A stretch of DNA of 64,000 nt from positions 73,656,001 through 73,720,000 of the forward strand of contig OX597820.1 of the NCBI GenBank assembly GCA_951406725.2. Direction: 5' to 3'. This DNA comes from Octopus vulgaris (lineage: Eukaryota). Positions 23,365 through 37,913 of the stretch are shown here, one piece after another; the first letter of the stretch is position 1, and every line of letters begins with the position of its first letter. Position numbers and translations under genes: made by a program. The notes under the pieces were generated by a model. The model saw only the letters and a list, made by a program, of their open reading frames with translations. It searched no databases and had not been told where the DNA came from.

Positions 23365-23760
23365 AGGTGCAGGAGTGGCTGTGTGCTAAGTAGCTTGCTT
23401 CCCAACCATATGGTTCCGGGTTTAGTCCCACTGCATGGTACCTTGGGCAAGTGTCTTCTACTATAGCCTCGGGCTGACCAAAGCCTTATGAGTGGATTCG
23501 GTAGACAGAAACTGAAAGAAGCCCATTATATATATATATGTGTGTGTGTGTTGGTGTGTCTGTGTTTGTCCCCCCACTATCACTTGACAACTGATGTTGG
23601 TATGTTTTCGTCCCTGTAAGTTAGCAGTTTGGTAAAAGAGACTGATAGAATAAGTACTAGGCTTACAAAGAATAAGTCCTGAGGTTGATTTATTCGACTA
23701 AAGGTGGTGCTCCAGCATGGCCACAGTCAACTGACTGAAACAAGTAAAAGAATAAAAGAA
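23365..23760 (+). mobile_element. SINE-B, full-length
   Basis: Same head, core and tail as 6466 and 54367. Confidence 0.9.
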
Positions 23761-24279
23761 TATGTTATGATGCTTTTAATGTATTTAGATAAGGTCATTT
23801 GCTTAGCTGATATAGTTTTTGTTATGTGGTGAACATTTGTAAAAAATATATTGCTTCTCTAAGTCAAAAAATGCAGTAAAAACTCCTCACTTTGCTCCCC
23901 ACCATGTTCTTTAACTTATAAAGCACTGGCCTATGAATTACCTTTTAGGTGGTGTAAATTCCGATTCTATCAGAATTTAATGCGAAGACATTTTTGCTGG
24001 AGCGCACCTATATTATCAACACATTTGATCATTTTTCTTCAAAATATCAAGTTTCAGATATGTATATGTGATACGTGTCAGTATGGATGTGTGTGCCCCC
24101 ATCAAATTTTTTTCATATTAAATTCCGATGTAATCGGAATCTACACCAGCAGAAATGTATTTAAAATTTATCATTTACTTATTTCAAACCTGTAAGTCAC
24201 AGGGGTGTAAATACCCTGATACCAGTTGTTAAGCAGTGGTGGGGGACAAGCCTAAACGCAAAGACACACACACAGATAT

Positions 24280-25100
24280 TTGCTCATCCCATAAATAATG
24301 CAGTTTTTTTATACATTTATTTTTCAAAATTAAGATAAACAAAGTTCTTTTATCTGTGCTAGCGCGGAAAACGGACGTTAAACGATGATGATGACTCTCC
24401 TTCATTTTCTTCAATGCTTTTATATCAATCTGGTGGAATTGCAAGGCCCCTTTCCCAAAATTCACTTGTCTGTGACAAAAAGTACTCCTCCAGTACTGTT
24501 CTGACCTCGTCTACAGAATTCAAATTTTTTCCATCCAAATGATTTTGAAGACTGCGGAATAAATGATAATCAGATGGAGCAATGTCTAGCAAATATGGTG
24601 GGTTGTGCATCGTTTCTCATTCAAAATTCTCCAACCTCTTGAATGTCATCCTCACTGTATGTGGCTGAGCATTATCCTGATGGAAGAACATCTTTCGTCT
24701 TGAAACTGGGGTGCCAGTGTTTCTCCTTTCCCTACCCACTTTGGTGCTTGACATTTTTATAGAGAACCCATTTTTTGTCACCAGTCACCATTTGGTCCAA
24801 AAGAAGGGTTCATTTGTGAGTCGTGACAGCAAAGAAGAGCACACATCCACTCTCTGTACAGAATTAGAGCCCGGAATCATGTGGTTGGTAAGCAAGCTAC
24901 TTACCTCACAGCCACTCCTGCGCCAAGGTTTGCAGGATGTCCTCATCGAGCTCTACAGATCTTCGATGACTTGGCTCGTCTTCTAGGCTGTAGTTTCTGC
25001 TCAGAATTTCTGGAACCACCATTGACACTTGCTTATTCTTATTGTCCGATCCCCATGTACTGTATTAATATTCCTTGCACTTTCTGTTGCATTGTTGAAG
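24280..25100 (-). mobile_element. Mariner (DD34D-type) transposon relic
   Basis: Minus-strand motifs VTGDKKWVL, FHQDNAQPH and PPYLLDIAPSDYHLFRSLQNHLDG; fragmented and interrupted by other repeats. Confidence 0.85.
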
Positions 25101-25429
25101 AATTTCATGAGAAAACATTATCTGATGTGTCCTCTTAGCTGAGACTGTCAGCTATGACTTGAGGGAGATTTGACTGCTATATTCCTGTAAGTTAAGTGAT
25201 AATGTAAAGGCTGCCTTTTTGTTAAAGTAGTTTTCTGCAAGATTTCTGTAATTAAAATTCTAATATCTTTCGATTAGAAATAATGGAAAATGTCTTGTTT
25301 ATTAATATTTTAATTATGAAAATTAATTGAAATACCAAAGTGACTTTATCTGAAGGAAATATCTTTGACACTAAGAAATTTTTATCACTATAATAATAAT
25401 AATAATTATTATTATTATTATTATTATAT

Positions 25430-25700
25430 GGTTGGTTTTTGCTTTGTATTTGTACAAGTTGACTCCAAGTCTCACTCAGAGACCTCAAGAGACAACTAGT
25501 TAGAAGTTCAAATTGGTGTTATGACTAGGGTGCCATATTTTTGGTTTTGCACAGTGTATTCTAGAGAATGTCTGTCAAAACATAAGAAAATTAGAAGTTT
25601 GTTTTAAAAGTAATTTGATTAGAAGATAATAGTGTGATGTTAAGGTGACAGTAAAAGGTATTTGCTATCGTGTACATTTAAAAGTACTTTTGACAATGTT
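25430..25700 (-). mobile_element. Probable 3' end of a LINE inserted in (TAA)n
   Basis: Non-microsatellite block flanked on both sides by (ATT)n. Dong/R4 elements are known to target (TAA)n; the assignment is an inference. Confidence 0.4.
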
Positions 25701-28700
25701 TACAGATTAAAATGTTTTATTATTATTATTTTTGTTATTATTATTATTGTTATCATTAAGGTGGAGAGCTGGCAGAATCATTTGCATGCTGGATGAAATG
25801 CTTAATGGTATTCCACTTGTTGTTACATTCTGAGTTCAAATTCTGCTGAGGTTGACTTTTCCTTTCATCCTTTCGGAGGTCAGTAAATTAAGAACCAGTG
25901 AAACAATGGGGCTGATGTAATCAACTAGTCTCCTCCCACCAAATATCAGGCTTTGTGCCTATAGTAGAAAGGAAGATTATTGTTATGAGGGTGGAGTGCT
26001 GGCACATTTGTGTTGTTTTGCCAACTAGAAGACCTTTCTTCCTTGTCAGTTAGATGAGGCTTAGAAGATTGAAAATATATTAATTGCTAGCTCTTAATTT
26101 TTCAGACTATGCATGTCTTCAGAGATGAAGATAATAGTCTGAAATATTATAATATTGGTTTTAAATTTTGGCACAAGGCCAGCTATTTCACGGGAAAGGG
26201 TAAAGTTGATTATATACACTCCAATGCTGAATTGGTACTTGTTTATTCAACCCTAAAAGGATGAAAAGCAAAGTCGACCTCAGCACCACTTGTTGACCAA
26301 AGTCGACCTCAGCACCACTTGAAGTCAGAATGTAAAGTCGGAAGAAATTCCACTTAGCATTTGATCCAGCGCAGTAACGATTCTGCCAGCTCGCTGCCTT
26401 GACAAAATAAAAAAAAAAAAAAAACCTGTCTGTCTCAAACATTTAGCTACATTAAATTACTATGGTCTTGAACTTCTGAACCAAAATATTCAAATATTTC
26501 ATTTTAAATGAGCTTTATACATCTAAAAAAAAAATGCTTTCTTTTTGTTCATAACGTATTTCTCCTTGATTTAATTCATTCTTCAAGGCTTAAATTTATG
26601 AGATTTGACTTCAAATTTAATGAAAATCATTTAAGATTTTACTGCATAACCTGTTTAATGCATTGTTATATAAGAATGAAACTGGTTGGCTTTCTTCATT
26701 TCATGTTTGTTATTTTTGTTATAGGACTATTTGTCATTTGAACTGCATACAATTGAAGCTGCTTTTTATAATCAAAATTAGTGATCCCAAATATCATCAT
26801 CATCATTGTTTAACATCTGTTTTCCATGCTGGCATGAGTTGCACAGTTTGACTGTGGTCTAGAGAGCCAGCTCCAATCTGATCTGGCAATGTTTCTACAT
26901 CTGGATGCCCTTCCTTATGCCAACCACTCGGAGAGTGTACCAGGTGCTTTTTACATGCCACCAGCACAGGAGCCAGTCTGGGGTTACTGGCATCAGCCAC
27001 GTTCAGATGGTGCTTTTTATGTGCCACTGGCAAAAAAAAAAAATGTTTAAGGGATATTGTTATATCCTCTTCTTAATGTTATCAGTCAGTTATGTTTAAT
27101 TAAAACAGCAGCCTCTAACCATTTTTGCACCATGGACTAGGTCCAAGCAAGACAATTTTTTCACAGACCGGAGGGATCATCATGTACATAGCAAAACATG
27201 AAATAGTGCATAATATATAATGTAATTTTAAGGTGGCGAGCTGGCAGAAATGTTAGCAAGCTAGGCGAAATGCTTAGCGGTATTTTGTCTGTGTTCAAAT
27301 TCTGCCAAAGTTGACTTTGCCTTTCATCCTTTTGGTGTCGAAGTACCTGTTGTGTACTGGTTGATCTAATCAACTGGCTCTCTCCACCCCAAATTTCAGG
27401 CCTTGTGCCTAGAGTAGAAAAAAAAATAGTGCATAATATATAATTTAATCATTACATATATAATACATGTATAATGCAGATATACTCTGCAGGGTACAAC
27501 AGTCAATAAAACAAAATTTTAAAATATATATTTTTTGCTCTGTGACCTAGAAACAAATGATCCACAGATTGGTGATCCCTGATTTAGAAGACTTTGTCTC
27601 AAAATGATATCAATAAATTACTTCTGCTATATGTTCTTTATTTCTTCCCCTAAAGAGAATTGATGGGCAGAAATTTGTCTACATTTTCTAGTGCAAGTGA
27701 CCACAAGTAATATGTAAAGAATGTATACTTATTTCAAGTCTTTGATATGCTGATTGGTTCATGAATGGAAGGTTATTAGCAAAGAAGAGGGCACTTTTTA
27801 TAAGGTCATTAACTTGAGATGGTCTGGGGTGTTCGTCTGCAATTACTGTACAGCTCAATCGTTGTGTATCATCTAAATTCATCCAAGTGCTCATTTGAAG
27901 TAAGACTGGGGGTAACAAAATGGGGGCCCGAGCCAGAGAGTATAAGGGATCTTGAGCTTAGTTTTGTCCATCATTAGATGGAATGAAGTGATGATAATTA
28001 CATTCAAGCAGTCTAACAAGTTCCCTGTTAAGATTGTAAGACTCTGGACTATCCAACCCTGAATTTGCTAAAGGATTGGCAAATTTGGATTTGCAAAGGG
28101 GAACATCCCAGAATTTTTGTGGCGAGAATTCATCATCATTATCATTCTTTTAATGTCCAGTGTTTGATGCTTGCATGGATCAGATGACATTTATTGAGGC
28201 AGATTTTCTGTGGTTGGATGCCCTTTCAAAGTACAAGCGTTTGCATATGCTTTATGAGATATGTAGACCACAATTACTTAATTACATAAAGAGGAGTCAG
28301 TTGGAGTCAGAGGTGCCAATAGTACAGGAGTCAGTTGGAGTTTTTTTGTTTCAACACCACAGCTCTACCAACACTGTCTGTCAAGTGGTTGGGGGAGGCA
28401 GGAACAAGCACACATGCACACACATATATAGATACACACACTTGACAGACATATATGCATTTGTTTAACTAAATCCTTTAAGATGGTGCTCCAGTATGGC
28501 CACAGACCAATGACTGAAACAAATAGATGTAATATAATTTTAAATGTAATTTCTTGTATCGAATATTTTTTATGTTATTGTTCTTATTTCAAATGTTAGG
28601 GACTCTTAATAATTACTTCTGTTAAGGTGGCAAGCTGGCAGAATCGTTAACATGCCAGGCAAAATGCTTAGCAGTATTTCATCTGTCTTTACATTCTGAG

Positions 28701-30481
28701 TTCAAATTCCGCCGAGGTCAACTTTGCTTTTCATCCTTTCAGGGTCAATAAATTAAGTACCAGTTGCATACTGGAGTTGATCTAATTGACTACCCCCCCC
28801 TCCTCCAAAATTTTGGGCCTTGTGCCTAGAGTAGAAAAGAATAATTGCTTCTGTTGTTTGCTTTAAATAAAGCTTTAACAGGAACATGATAAAGAAGTTT
28901 ATTATGTAGTCTGGATAAATAAAATGTGGTGTAGGCTGCATGTATTTGAATCAATATGTTTCATTGCTGTTAAGATGAATAAATTGATTACAACAGATCA
29001 ATAGAGAACACCAACAGAAAAGTCCAGTTCAAAATTATTGGAATGCATGAGTTCAGGTTTCCACACAAAGATTTCTAAACAAATTCACCATCACCATCAT
29101 CGTCATTGTCATTATTTAATGTTCTCGTTCCATACTGGCATGGGTTGGACAGTTTGGTAGGAGCTGGCAAGACAGAAGATTGTGCCAAACTTTACTGTCT
29201 ACTTTGGCATTATTTCTACAGGTGGATGCCCTTCTTAACACCAGACACAGAAAATTAATATTGCAATAATGCAAGTGTATTATGTGTGTCTTTCATACCA
29301 TGTATTGATGCATGTTCTTTGTGTATTCACTGAGAGAGAGAGTTGGTATGCTTTGCCAGGACAAAGACTAACTGACCAACCTCTGACCAAAATGTTAGTT
29401 CATCCTCTGAAATCAAATGAATACTTCATATTATTTAGTTGGCTCCAAAGTTAAGTTATTGGGTAGTTTTTTTGATTGACCAGTCAAAACTAGTAAATTC
29501 GCTTACATTTTTGTCCCACTTTGTACATAGAGAGAGCTTAGCCAAATGGAATGTATTTTAACTATTGTTGCTATAATTTATAGCCAATAGCATTACAGCT
29601 ATCTGGTGTGTAGTTGCTGAATAAGGCGGAATTGCATGCTCACTCTGATTTTCAAATTGTATGCATGCATGCTTGCATGCAAGTTTATTTTCTCTTTCTC
29701 ATTTTAAAATAGAGTTAATTTTGACTGGTTGCCTGCTTGGTAGCAAGGTAGTGAAGGAAATCATCTTGTTTTGTTCATCTTCCTTTAAATTTTGAGAAGG
29801 TCTTGCAGATTTTTATTACATGTGTTTGTGTTTGTGTGTGTGTGTGTGTGGCGGGGGAGTAACAAGTATGGGAGGCTAGTGGTAGAAAAATAAGCCACAT
29901 CGTCTTCTTTCCCACGCATCTACAGAAATTCGAAAGCTGTTTGAATTGAAAAGCTGCATGTAGGGAAAAAAATTGAAGATATAAGTTGAGTGAACACATT
30001 TTTAGAGCGAGGAAGAATGATTTCAAGACATGCATACAGGACATGCATTGAAGACAGCTTTCAAATAACAGGAAATGAATATTCTTTCCATAATGTATGT
30101 GTATGACAGCATGGGCTTAACTCAGAAGTGTCCCTCCCTCCCTTGACTTTGTTTCCTCATGACTTTCTGAGAAATGGATATTTTTTTATGAAATTGTCTA
30201 CAAGTATATTTATAGGCATGTAGTGGCTGAATAAAACTAAGGTGAATGACTGGACTCTGTGTGTGAGAGAGAGAGAGAGAGAGAGGGGGGAGACACGAAC
30301 AGAAGCAAGTATGAAAGGCTTGAGGTAAAATATATTTTAAAGCTTTTGTAAATTATCAATTTTCAGAACTATTTTCAATGATTTCCAGTTACTGCTTCTC
30401 TCTCTCTCTCTCTCTCATTAATGTTCAGCACCTCCAAACGAAATATACTAATCTGTAGTACTCCTGTCAAATCAACTGTCC

Positions 30482-30697
30482 TTAAACCTTTTAGCATTCA
30501 GATTATCCTCTCAGATGCAATGCTTATTTATTCACATTGCTTTGAATTAATCATACTTTATCTCATAGCTTTGAAATTTCAATGATGTAGTTGTGTATTT
30601 TTAGAATGACATTGTCGAGTAGGTGTGAGAGGCTAGATCTGGCTGATTTGAACATAAAACAGGTACATTATTTGGGCCAGATATGGCTAATGGGTTA
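30482..30697. mobile_element. piggyBac-like MITE (TTAA ends), one of several copies
   Basis: ttaaaccttttagcattc...taatgggttaa; homologous bodies at 45120-45477 (SINE-interrupted), 48198-48412 and 60670-61120. Confidence 0.65.
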
Positions 30698-33465
30698 AAA
30701 TAAATATATATTTTTATTATGTCCAGTGTTCTTATTTCTTTACTGCCCCCAAAGGGACTACACACGGAGGGGACAGACAAGGACAGGCAAAGGTATTGAG
30801 TGGATTATATCGACCCCAATGCATAACTGGTACTTATTTAATCGCCCCCGAAAGGCTGAAAGGCAAAGTCGACCTTGGTGGAATTTGAACTCAGAATGTA
30901 ATGGCAGACGAAATACTGCTAAGCATCTTGCCCGGCATGCTAACGTTTTTGCCAGCTCGCTGCCTTATTATGTCCAGCGTCCTACTATTCAAAAGTATTT
31001 ATCATTTAAACCCCACAATCAATGAATTTTTATCTTATTTGCTGTTGCAATTCAGTTACTTCTATGTTAGGGGTTTGAAACCTTCTTAGTATTAGGAGTG
31101 CATTACAAGTGCAAAGGAATGTGTGGGGGGTATATTTGTACATTTGTGATAAAAATAATGCTTTAGTTTTATAGATTGAAGGATATGCATATTAAATTGT
31201 TGTAGTCTTATTACTTACACTTTTTTATCACATGTATTTTTTGGAGACTTCATCAGAGGGCTGTTTTAGACTTAAAGCAAGCAAAATTTTACCTGTGGAT
31301 GAAGAGCCATTATACAGAGCAGAGGTAGTCTCCTGCTCTATGTGATGGTTTGACTTGATAGAAATAGCAATGATATCTCCCTCAGATTACACCCTACCAT
31401 TTTGTGGGTTGATTGAATGGAACGTATTGGAGCATCCAGAAAAACATTCAAATAGTGATTGAGTGGTATGTATTTTTTTCCTTCAGTGGAGCAGAGGTCA
31501 TTCGAAATAGTGTTGGAATTCAGAGAGAACTAAATTGCATCTTAGAACTTGTGCTTGTAACAGGTTGGTCAAGTGCATGAGATTTTGTTATCCATTGACT
31601 AAATGACCTTTATTTGGATGGTGTTTGAGACCAACACCTCAGATAGCTTAGAATGCTGCTCTGAATTCGATTCTAGATTTAGCAGTATTATATATGTGAA
31701 GTTTTGGAGGTACATGGCCTAGCGATTAGCAGTGGACTCGTGGTCGAAGGTTCACTTGGTTTGAATCTCAGACTGGGCAATGTGTGTGTTTATGAGCAAA
31801 ACACCTAAGCTCCACACAGCTCTGGCAGAAGATAATGGCGAACTTCTGCTGATTCTTTCACCACAACTTTCTCTCACTCTTTCCTCCTGCATCTAGCAGC
31901 TCACCTGCAATGGACCATTGTCCTGTCCAGGTGTGGAACCCACACGACAATGAAACAGGGGAACTGGTCCTTATGAGCCAGGTATTGCTGAAGAAAGAAC
32001 AAACAGTAACAACAACATATATGTGAAATTGTTATACGAAATCATCACCAGCAATGTTCTTGTTAATTTTTTGTACTGTATAGAAATTTGCATCATGTGC
32101 AAGTTTTGTTATTCTTTGCAAAATACGTGTTCATATAATCAAGTATCCATCACTCAAATTTCTTCCATTAAAAAAAATACAACCTCATCTTAAAAACTTT
32201 GTATGTGTGAACATTTTTGTCTTCTATTAAATGTAAAATGTGTGCACACACATGCTCACAGCTCTGAGGGAACAGTAATCATCTGCTATTACCAGTTTAA
32301 TGCTGCTTTTAAAGATTAAAAGACCCTGTTTGATGAGAAAATAACATTTCTTTTCCACACAAAGCACCACTATTTGAGGCTATTTCTGCATTAAAACATT
32401 TAGTTTCCAATGTTCCTTTGGCAGTATATGTTGAAAGATACTTGAATCTTCTTGAAACAGAAGCATCTTGTATGTTAATTAGAATTTGTTAAATGCAATG
32501 TAGAAAATCAATAATATTCTATTCACACAAGCTGACAGAAATAGTGTGTCAGCAGCTGAACCAGTGAATGCTTTATTATTATTATTAAGGCAGATTTGTT
32601 AGTACACTGGACAAAATGTTTAGCAGCATTTCTTCCGGCTCTTAATGTTCTGAGTTCAAATTTCACCAAGGTTAACTTTGCCTTTCATCCCTTCAGGGTC
32701 AGTAAAATAAGTGCTAATTGAGTACTGGGGTTGATGTAATTGACTTCCACTTTCTCTCAAAATTGCTGACTTTGTGCCAAAAATTAGAATTATTCTTGTT
32801 ATTGTCTTGACCCAAGGTTGATCTTACTCTTGATAGAATTTATAAGGGTAGCCATCAAGTGCTCAGAATCTTTCTGATGATCTTCCCTGTTCCAAAGAGG
32901 CAAAACTGTAGAAGCTCCACAGAACATTCCATTCCAATTTCCTTTAACCATTTGTCTATGACATTACTCACAGGTACAATCTTTATAGATGTCATGTACC
33001 AAATTTTTACACTCAAGTTTTAAGGGTTTATATTTTCTCAACTTTTTGTCTGCTTTTTTCAAAATCCTAGAATCATATGGACAAAATCAATTAGTATGTA
33101 AATTCTATTTGTCTTTTATCTGACATAAGTTCCATCATCTTATTCATTGGAACAGGAAAATCCCACAAAATTTTGCATGTCCCCAACTCAAATATTTATT
33201 CTATCCAATGTTATTGTTGGTGGTGGTGATGGTTGTTGTTGTTTAGTCTGGAGGAATGGGCTTGTACCCGTTGCCACTGCAGACCCAAGCAGCAGCAAGT
33301 AGCTGGATCCAGAGAAAAACATTATCAAAAAGGGTATTTCATTAAGCTGCCTATTGAGGCTGAAGGGATGGGCATATTGGTTAGTACAGGGGTTAGTGGT
33401 GGCAATTGTGGGCTTTGTGAGTGATGAGAGGAGGAGAGATGAATGAGTGGGAAGTACCTAAATGG

Positions 33466-33840
33466 AGATGGTACAAGACCAATGAATGCTGCAGAACAGC
33501 AACCACTGTATTGGCAAAAGCAAAGTCAAAGAGAGAAAGAGAGAGAGCAGACAATATGTCTGTGTTCCAGGGAGTATTGATGAACGGCTTCATATTGATC
33601 TATTGAATGGCCTTTCTATGGATGTTTGTCTAGGATATATGCATTTGTTACAGCAGCACCATCTCAGATGTAGGGATAGTGCTTGACTGAGATTGATGAC
33701 CCTACATGGTCTCTGTAGAGGGTTTGTAGTTGTTGGGTGCTGAAACTTTTTCTAACCATGAAAAGGATGGCCAGTTTTTTGTGAAGCAGTCAATGCTAAG
33801 CAGAAGATGTGCATTTGCCAGCTGGAACATAGACATGTCT

Positions 33841-33873
<33 letters not shown>

Positions 33874-33932
33874 ACCTTACTCCTGATACAGTGGTTGCTG
33901 TTCTGCAGAGCTCATTGGTCTTGTGTCATCTC
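33466..33932. repeat. Diverged ~105-bp inverted repeat pair
   Basis: ctgcagaacagcaaccactgtat (near 33489) versus atacagtggttgctgttctgcag (near 33886); flanking (GA)n/(TC)n and atgtctgtgttccag/ctggaacatagacat. Confidence 0.75.
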
Positions 33933-34436
33933 ATCACCCACAACCCAGTGGTGATGAAACTGAGCATTTGTAATGACCTTGAGGATTCTTAGCCCACAAG
34001 GGGCTAAGCATAGAGAGGACAAACAAGGGCAGACAAAGGGATTAAGTTGATTACATCAACCCCAGTGTGTAACTGGTACTTAATTTATCAACCCTGAAAG
34101 GATGAAAGGCAAAGTCGACCTCGGTGAAATTTGAACTCAGGACGTAATGGCAGACGAAATACCACTAAGCATTTCACCCGGCATGCTAATGTTTCTGCCA
34201 GCTCACCGCCGTCCTTGAGGATTCTAGTATGGGTATGTGATGTTTTGGTTCAGCTGTTTTTGTTCCACTTATTTGGATCACAGATTGATTCAACACTCAA
34301 TGTTCTTCTAATTTTCTCTGTCTCTCTCTCTCTCTCCCCTCTCTTCTGTGTGTGAGATTCTTGTTGCATTTGTATCTTTTATCGTTTTCTTCTTTCACTC
34401 ATTAGACTGCGGCCATGCTGGAGCACCACCTTGAAG

Positions 34437-37400
34437 ACTTTTTAGTCATATGAATAAACCCCTGCACTTATTTTTTTAAGCCCGGTACTTATTTTATTGG
34501 ACCCTTTTGCTGAACCGCTGGGTTGTGGAGACATAAATACATCAACAACATTTGTCAAGTGGTAGTGGTGGGGGGGACAAACAAACACAAAGACACACAC
34601 ACACGACAGGCTTCTTTCAGTTTCTGTCTTGGCACACTCCCCAAAAAATTAAGAATGCAAAAAAAAAACAAAAACAAAAAAAAAAAAGGAGTGAACAGTC
34701 AGAGTGGAAATTTGAGATAAATTAACATCTCAGTTCAGCGAATTTAGCAGTGATACCTCATGCAGTTTTATGTATTTTCTGAGCAATTTTATTTTGCTTC
34801 TATATTTATTGAGTGATTCTTCTATTACTAATCCAGCAAGTACAATATGAAGTCTATATTTTACTAATCAGGTTCTGATAAGACCAAAATATGTCAAGAG
34901 TTGTTTATTCTTTTACTTGTTTCAATCATTTGACTCGTCATGCTGGAGCACTGCCTTTAGTTGAACAAATTGACCCCAGGACTTATTCTTTGTTGGCCTA
35001 GTACTTATTCTATTGATCTCTTTTGCCGAATTGTTAAGTTACAGGGATGTAAACACACCCACGTGTTTCCTGTACTTACTGAAATAACTGAAACAATATT
35101 AGTTGTTAACTAATATCCGATGCCATAAATAACACACAGACATATCAGACGCATCCCAGTTTTGGCTGTTCATATTCAGGAAAATTGTTTTTAATATCTT
35201 AAAGCATGTAATACTTAAAAGTAATCTAGCAGTATATTACAAAACATTATGAAGGTACCATAGCTATAGCAGCAAACATTATTGTCATCATTTAACATCC
35301 ATGTTCCAGGTTGGCATGCATTGGATAGTTTGACAAGGATTCATTGAGTCAAGGACTGCATTGTACTCAAGCATCTGCTTTGGCACGGTTTCTATGACTG
35401 GATGTCCTTTTTAATGCCAACCACTTTTCAGTGTATACTACTTTTTTTTTTTTTTGGTGCCACTGTCACTATTGAGGTCACTATGTATCTCACAGGTCAA
35501 CAAATCCAGGGAGGGAGGATGTTGCTTCTGTACGCTAGACGGAAGTTAAGGGATGAGGTTGGAGTAGAGCAGGCTCTTGTAGAGGAGCTGCATGGGTACT
35601 TACATTTAGAGTGAGCATGAAAATGTAAAGCATCACGATGTGACAATATTCTACATGATTACAGTAATAAAATATGAAAGAAGGAAACAAAGGAGATTAC
35701 ATTTAACCCTTTTCTTACCAACCCGGCTGAAACCAGCTCTGGCTCTGAGTACAAATGTCTTGTTTCCATAAGTTTTGAATTAAAATCTTCCACCAAACCT
35801 TAGTCACAATTTATGTTCCTAACACTAGCTGAATGATAATTAAGTTATTTTACTAAATTCTTTGTTATATTTAAAGTAATAGAAAGAAACACGGAGTATT
35901 TCAAAATAAATACAGTAATGAAAGGGTTAATAAAAAGCAAGCTTCCATTACATTTGGACATAAACCAAAACACAGGAGATTGTCTGGATTAAAATTAGTC
36001 CATAGCAGTGAGTATCGAGAACAAAATTAGCTTATGGGAGGCCCAACTTTGCCTATGAGAACCTGGTGTAATTTTAAGAAAAGGTATGTCTTGTATTCCA
36101 TCAAATATCATATTTTCTTCACTATACAATTATTTCTAGTTATTTTTCTTTTAATGTTCCTTGCATTAAATGTATTAAAACCAACTTAAATATTGATACA
36201 GTTGCTATTTGTTCATTGTCATCTTTTACTACATGAACATTTTGTTCATTTTGGTATTTCTTCTTAATTCTTAAAACACCTTGAAATGCAGTACAATATA
36301 AACAGTTGAAGAATGTATCCGTAATCGGCAATTGTGGGCAATAGCAAAACCAAAGCCTCTAATGTTGTCACATAATCAGCTTATCTTGTGAAAGTAACCA
36401 TGGTTACTTATCGCCATTTAATTTCTTGGGTTTTAAGCCATCTTCTATAAGAAAAATTTGAAATTTTTTTTCAGTATTTGTAGATCAATTTCTTTTCCAA
36501 TTCTGGAGTGCTTAACTACATCAAACTGCTATGTATTGCTTCAAAAGTATCTTCACTCTCTTTGGCCTACCAAAATCATATGTACAGTTTAAACTGAAGA
36601 TTTGTTTCTAAATCTATTGAACTTGATGGCAATAAAATGCACCCAGCACAACGAATGTAAAGTGGCTGGTGAGAGGAGAGGAAGGATATCTAGCTAAAGT
36701 ATGCAAAAAATAAGGAAAAAAGGTGTTGGAATGGGAGTAAGCAGAGATGTGGATTCTGCAAGCTGCAGTACAGGCAACCTATCTAAAGAATAGTTATTCT
36801 GATTAAAACCTGATACAAGGATGAGAAGACCATTCAGTGTTGCCATACCCAGCCTCTCTAGTGCCAGTGGTACAATAAAAAGTACCCAGTCCATGATGAG
36901 GTATTAGGGGACCTGTTTGATTTATACCAGCCTGGAAAACTGAACATAATATACATGACTATTGATCCTGCATGAACATGTGGTTAGAATGTTGCTGGAA
37001 AGTAGTGCAAGACGTGTTCTTCAAACTGAGCCAACTAGCCTGGAACATGGATGTTAAATGATGACAATAATGTTTTCTGCTATAGCTATGGTACCTTCAT
37101 AATGTTTTGTAATATACTGCTGGATTACTTTTAAGTATTACATGCTTTAAGATATTAAAAACAATTTTCCTGAATATGAACAGCCAAAACTGGGATGCGT
37201 CTGATATGTCTGTGTGTTATTTATGGCATCGGATATTAGTTAACAACTAATATTGTTTCAGTTATTTCAGTAAGTACAGGAAACACGTGGGTGTGTTTAC
37301 ATCCCTGTAACTTAACAATTCGGCAAAAGAGATTAATAGAATAAGTACTAGGCCTACAAAGAATAAGTCCTAGGGTCAATTTGTTCAACTAAAGGCAGTG

Positions 37401-37913
37401 CTCCAGCATGACGACAGTCAAATGATTGAAACAAGTAAAAGAATAAAAGAATAAACATGTCTTGACATATTTTGGTCTTATCAGAACCTGATTAGTAAAA
37501 TATAGACTTCATATTGTACTTGCTGGATTAGTAATAGAAGAATCACTCAATAAATATAGAAGCAAAATAAAATTGCTCAGAAAATACATAAAACTGCATG
37601 AGGTATCACTGCTAACTTGGCTGAACTGAGATATTAACTTCTGTCAAATTTACACTCTGACTGTTCACTCCTTTATTGTTTTTTGTTTTTTCTGTATTCT
37701 TAATCTTTTGGTGAGTGTGTCAAGACAGAAACTGAAAGAAGCCTGTCGTGTGTGTGTGTCTTTGTGTTTGTTTGTCCCCCCCCCCCACTACCACTTGACA
37801 AATGTTGATGTATTTATGTCTCCACAACCCAGCGGTTCAGCAAAAGGGTCCAATAAAATAAGTACCGGGCTTAAAAAAATAAGTGCAGGGGTTTATTCAT
37901 ATGACTAAAAAGT
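34437..37913. repeat. Long inverted duplication: arms 34437-35310 and 37039-37913, ~1.73-kb spacer
   Basis: Arms are near-identical reverse complements over ~875 bp, including non-repetitive sequence (e.g. catatcagacgcatcccagttttggctg / cagccaaaactgggatgcgtctgatatg). Confidence 0.95.
35707..35926. mobile_element. piggyBac-like MITE
   Basis: TTAA|cccttttcttac...gtaatgaaaggg|TTAA. Confidence 0.8.

Noticed and set aside
26091-26146. ctgaaga...gaaa pattern with an 11-bp inverted repeat as another hammerhead
   Set aside because: Stem II and the cleavage triplet cannot be placed convincingly.
27655-27710. RNLSTFSS peptide resembling the exon candidate at 10168-10231
   Set aside because: Better explained as a copy of a short dispersed repeat also seen near 14310 and 25160.
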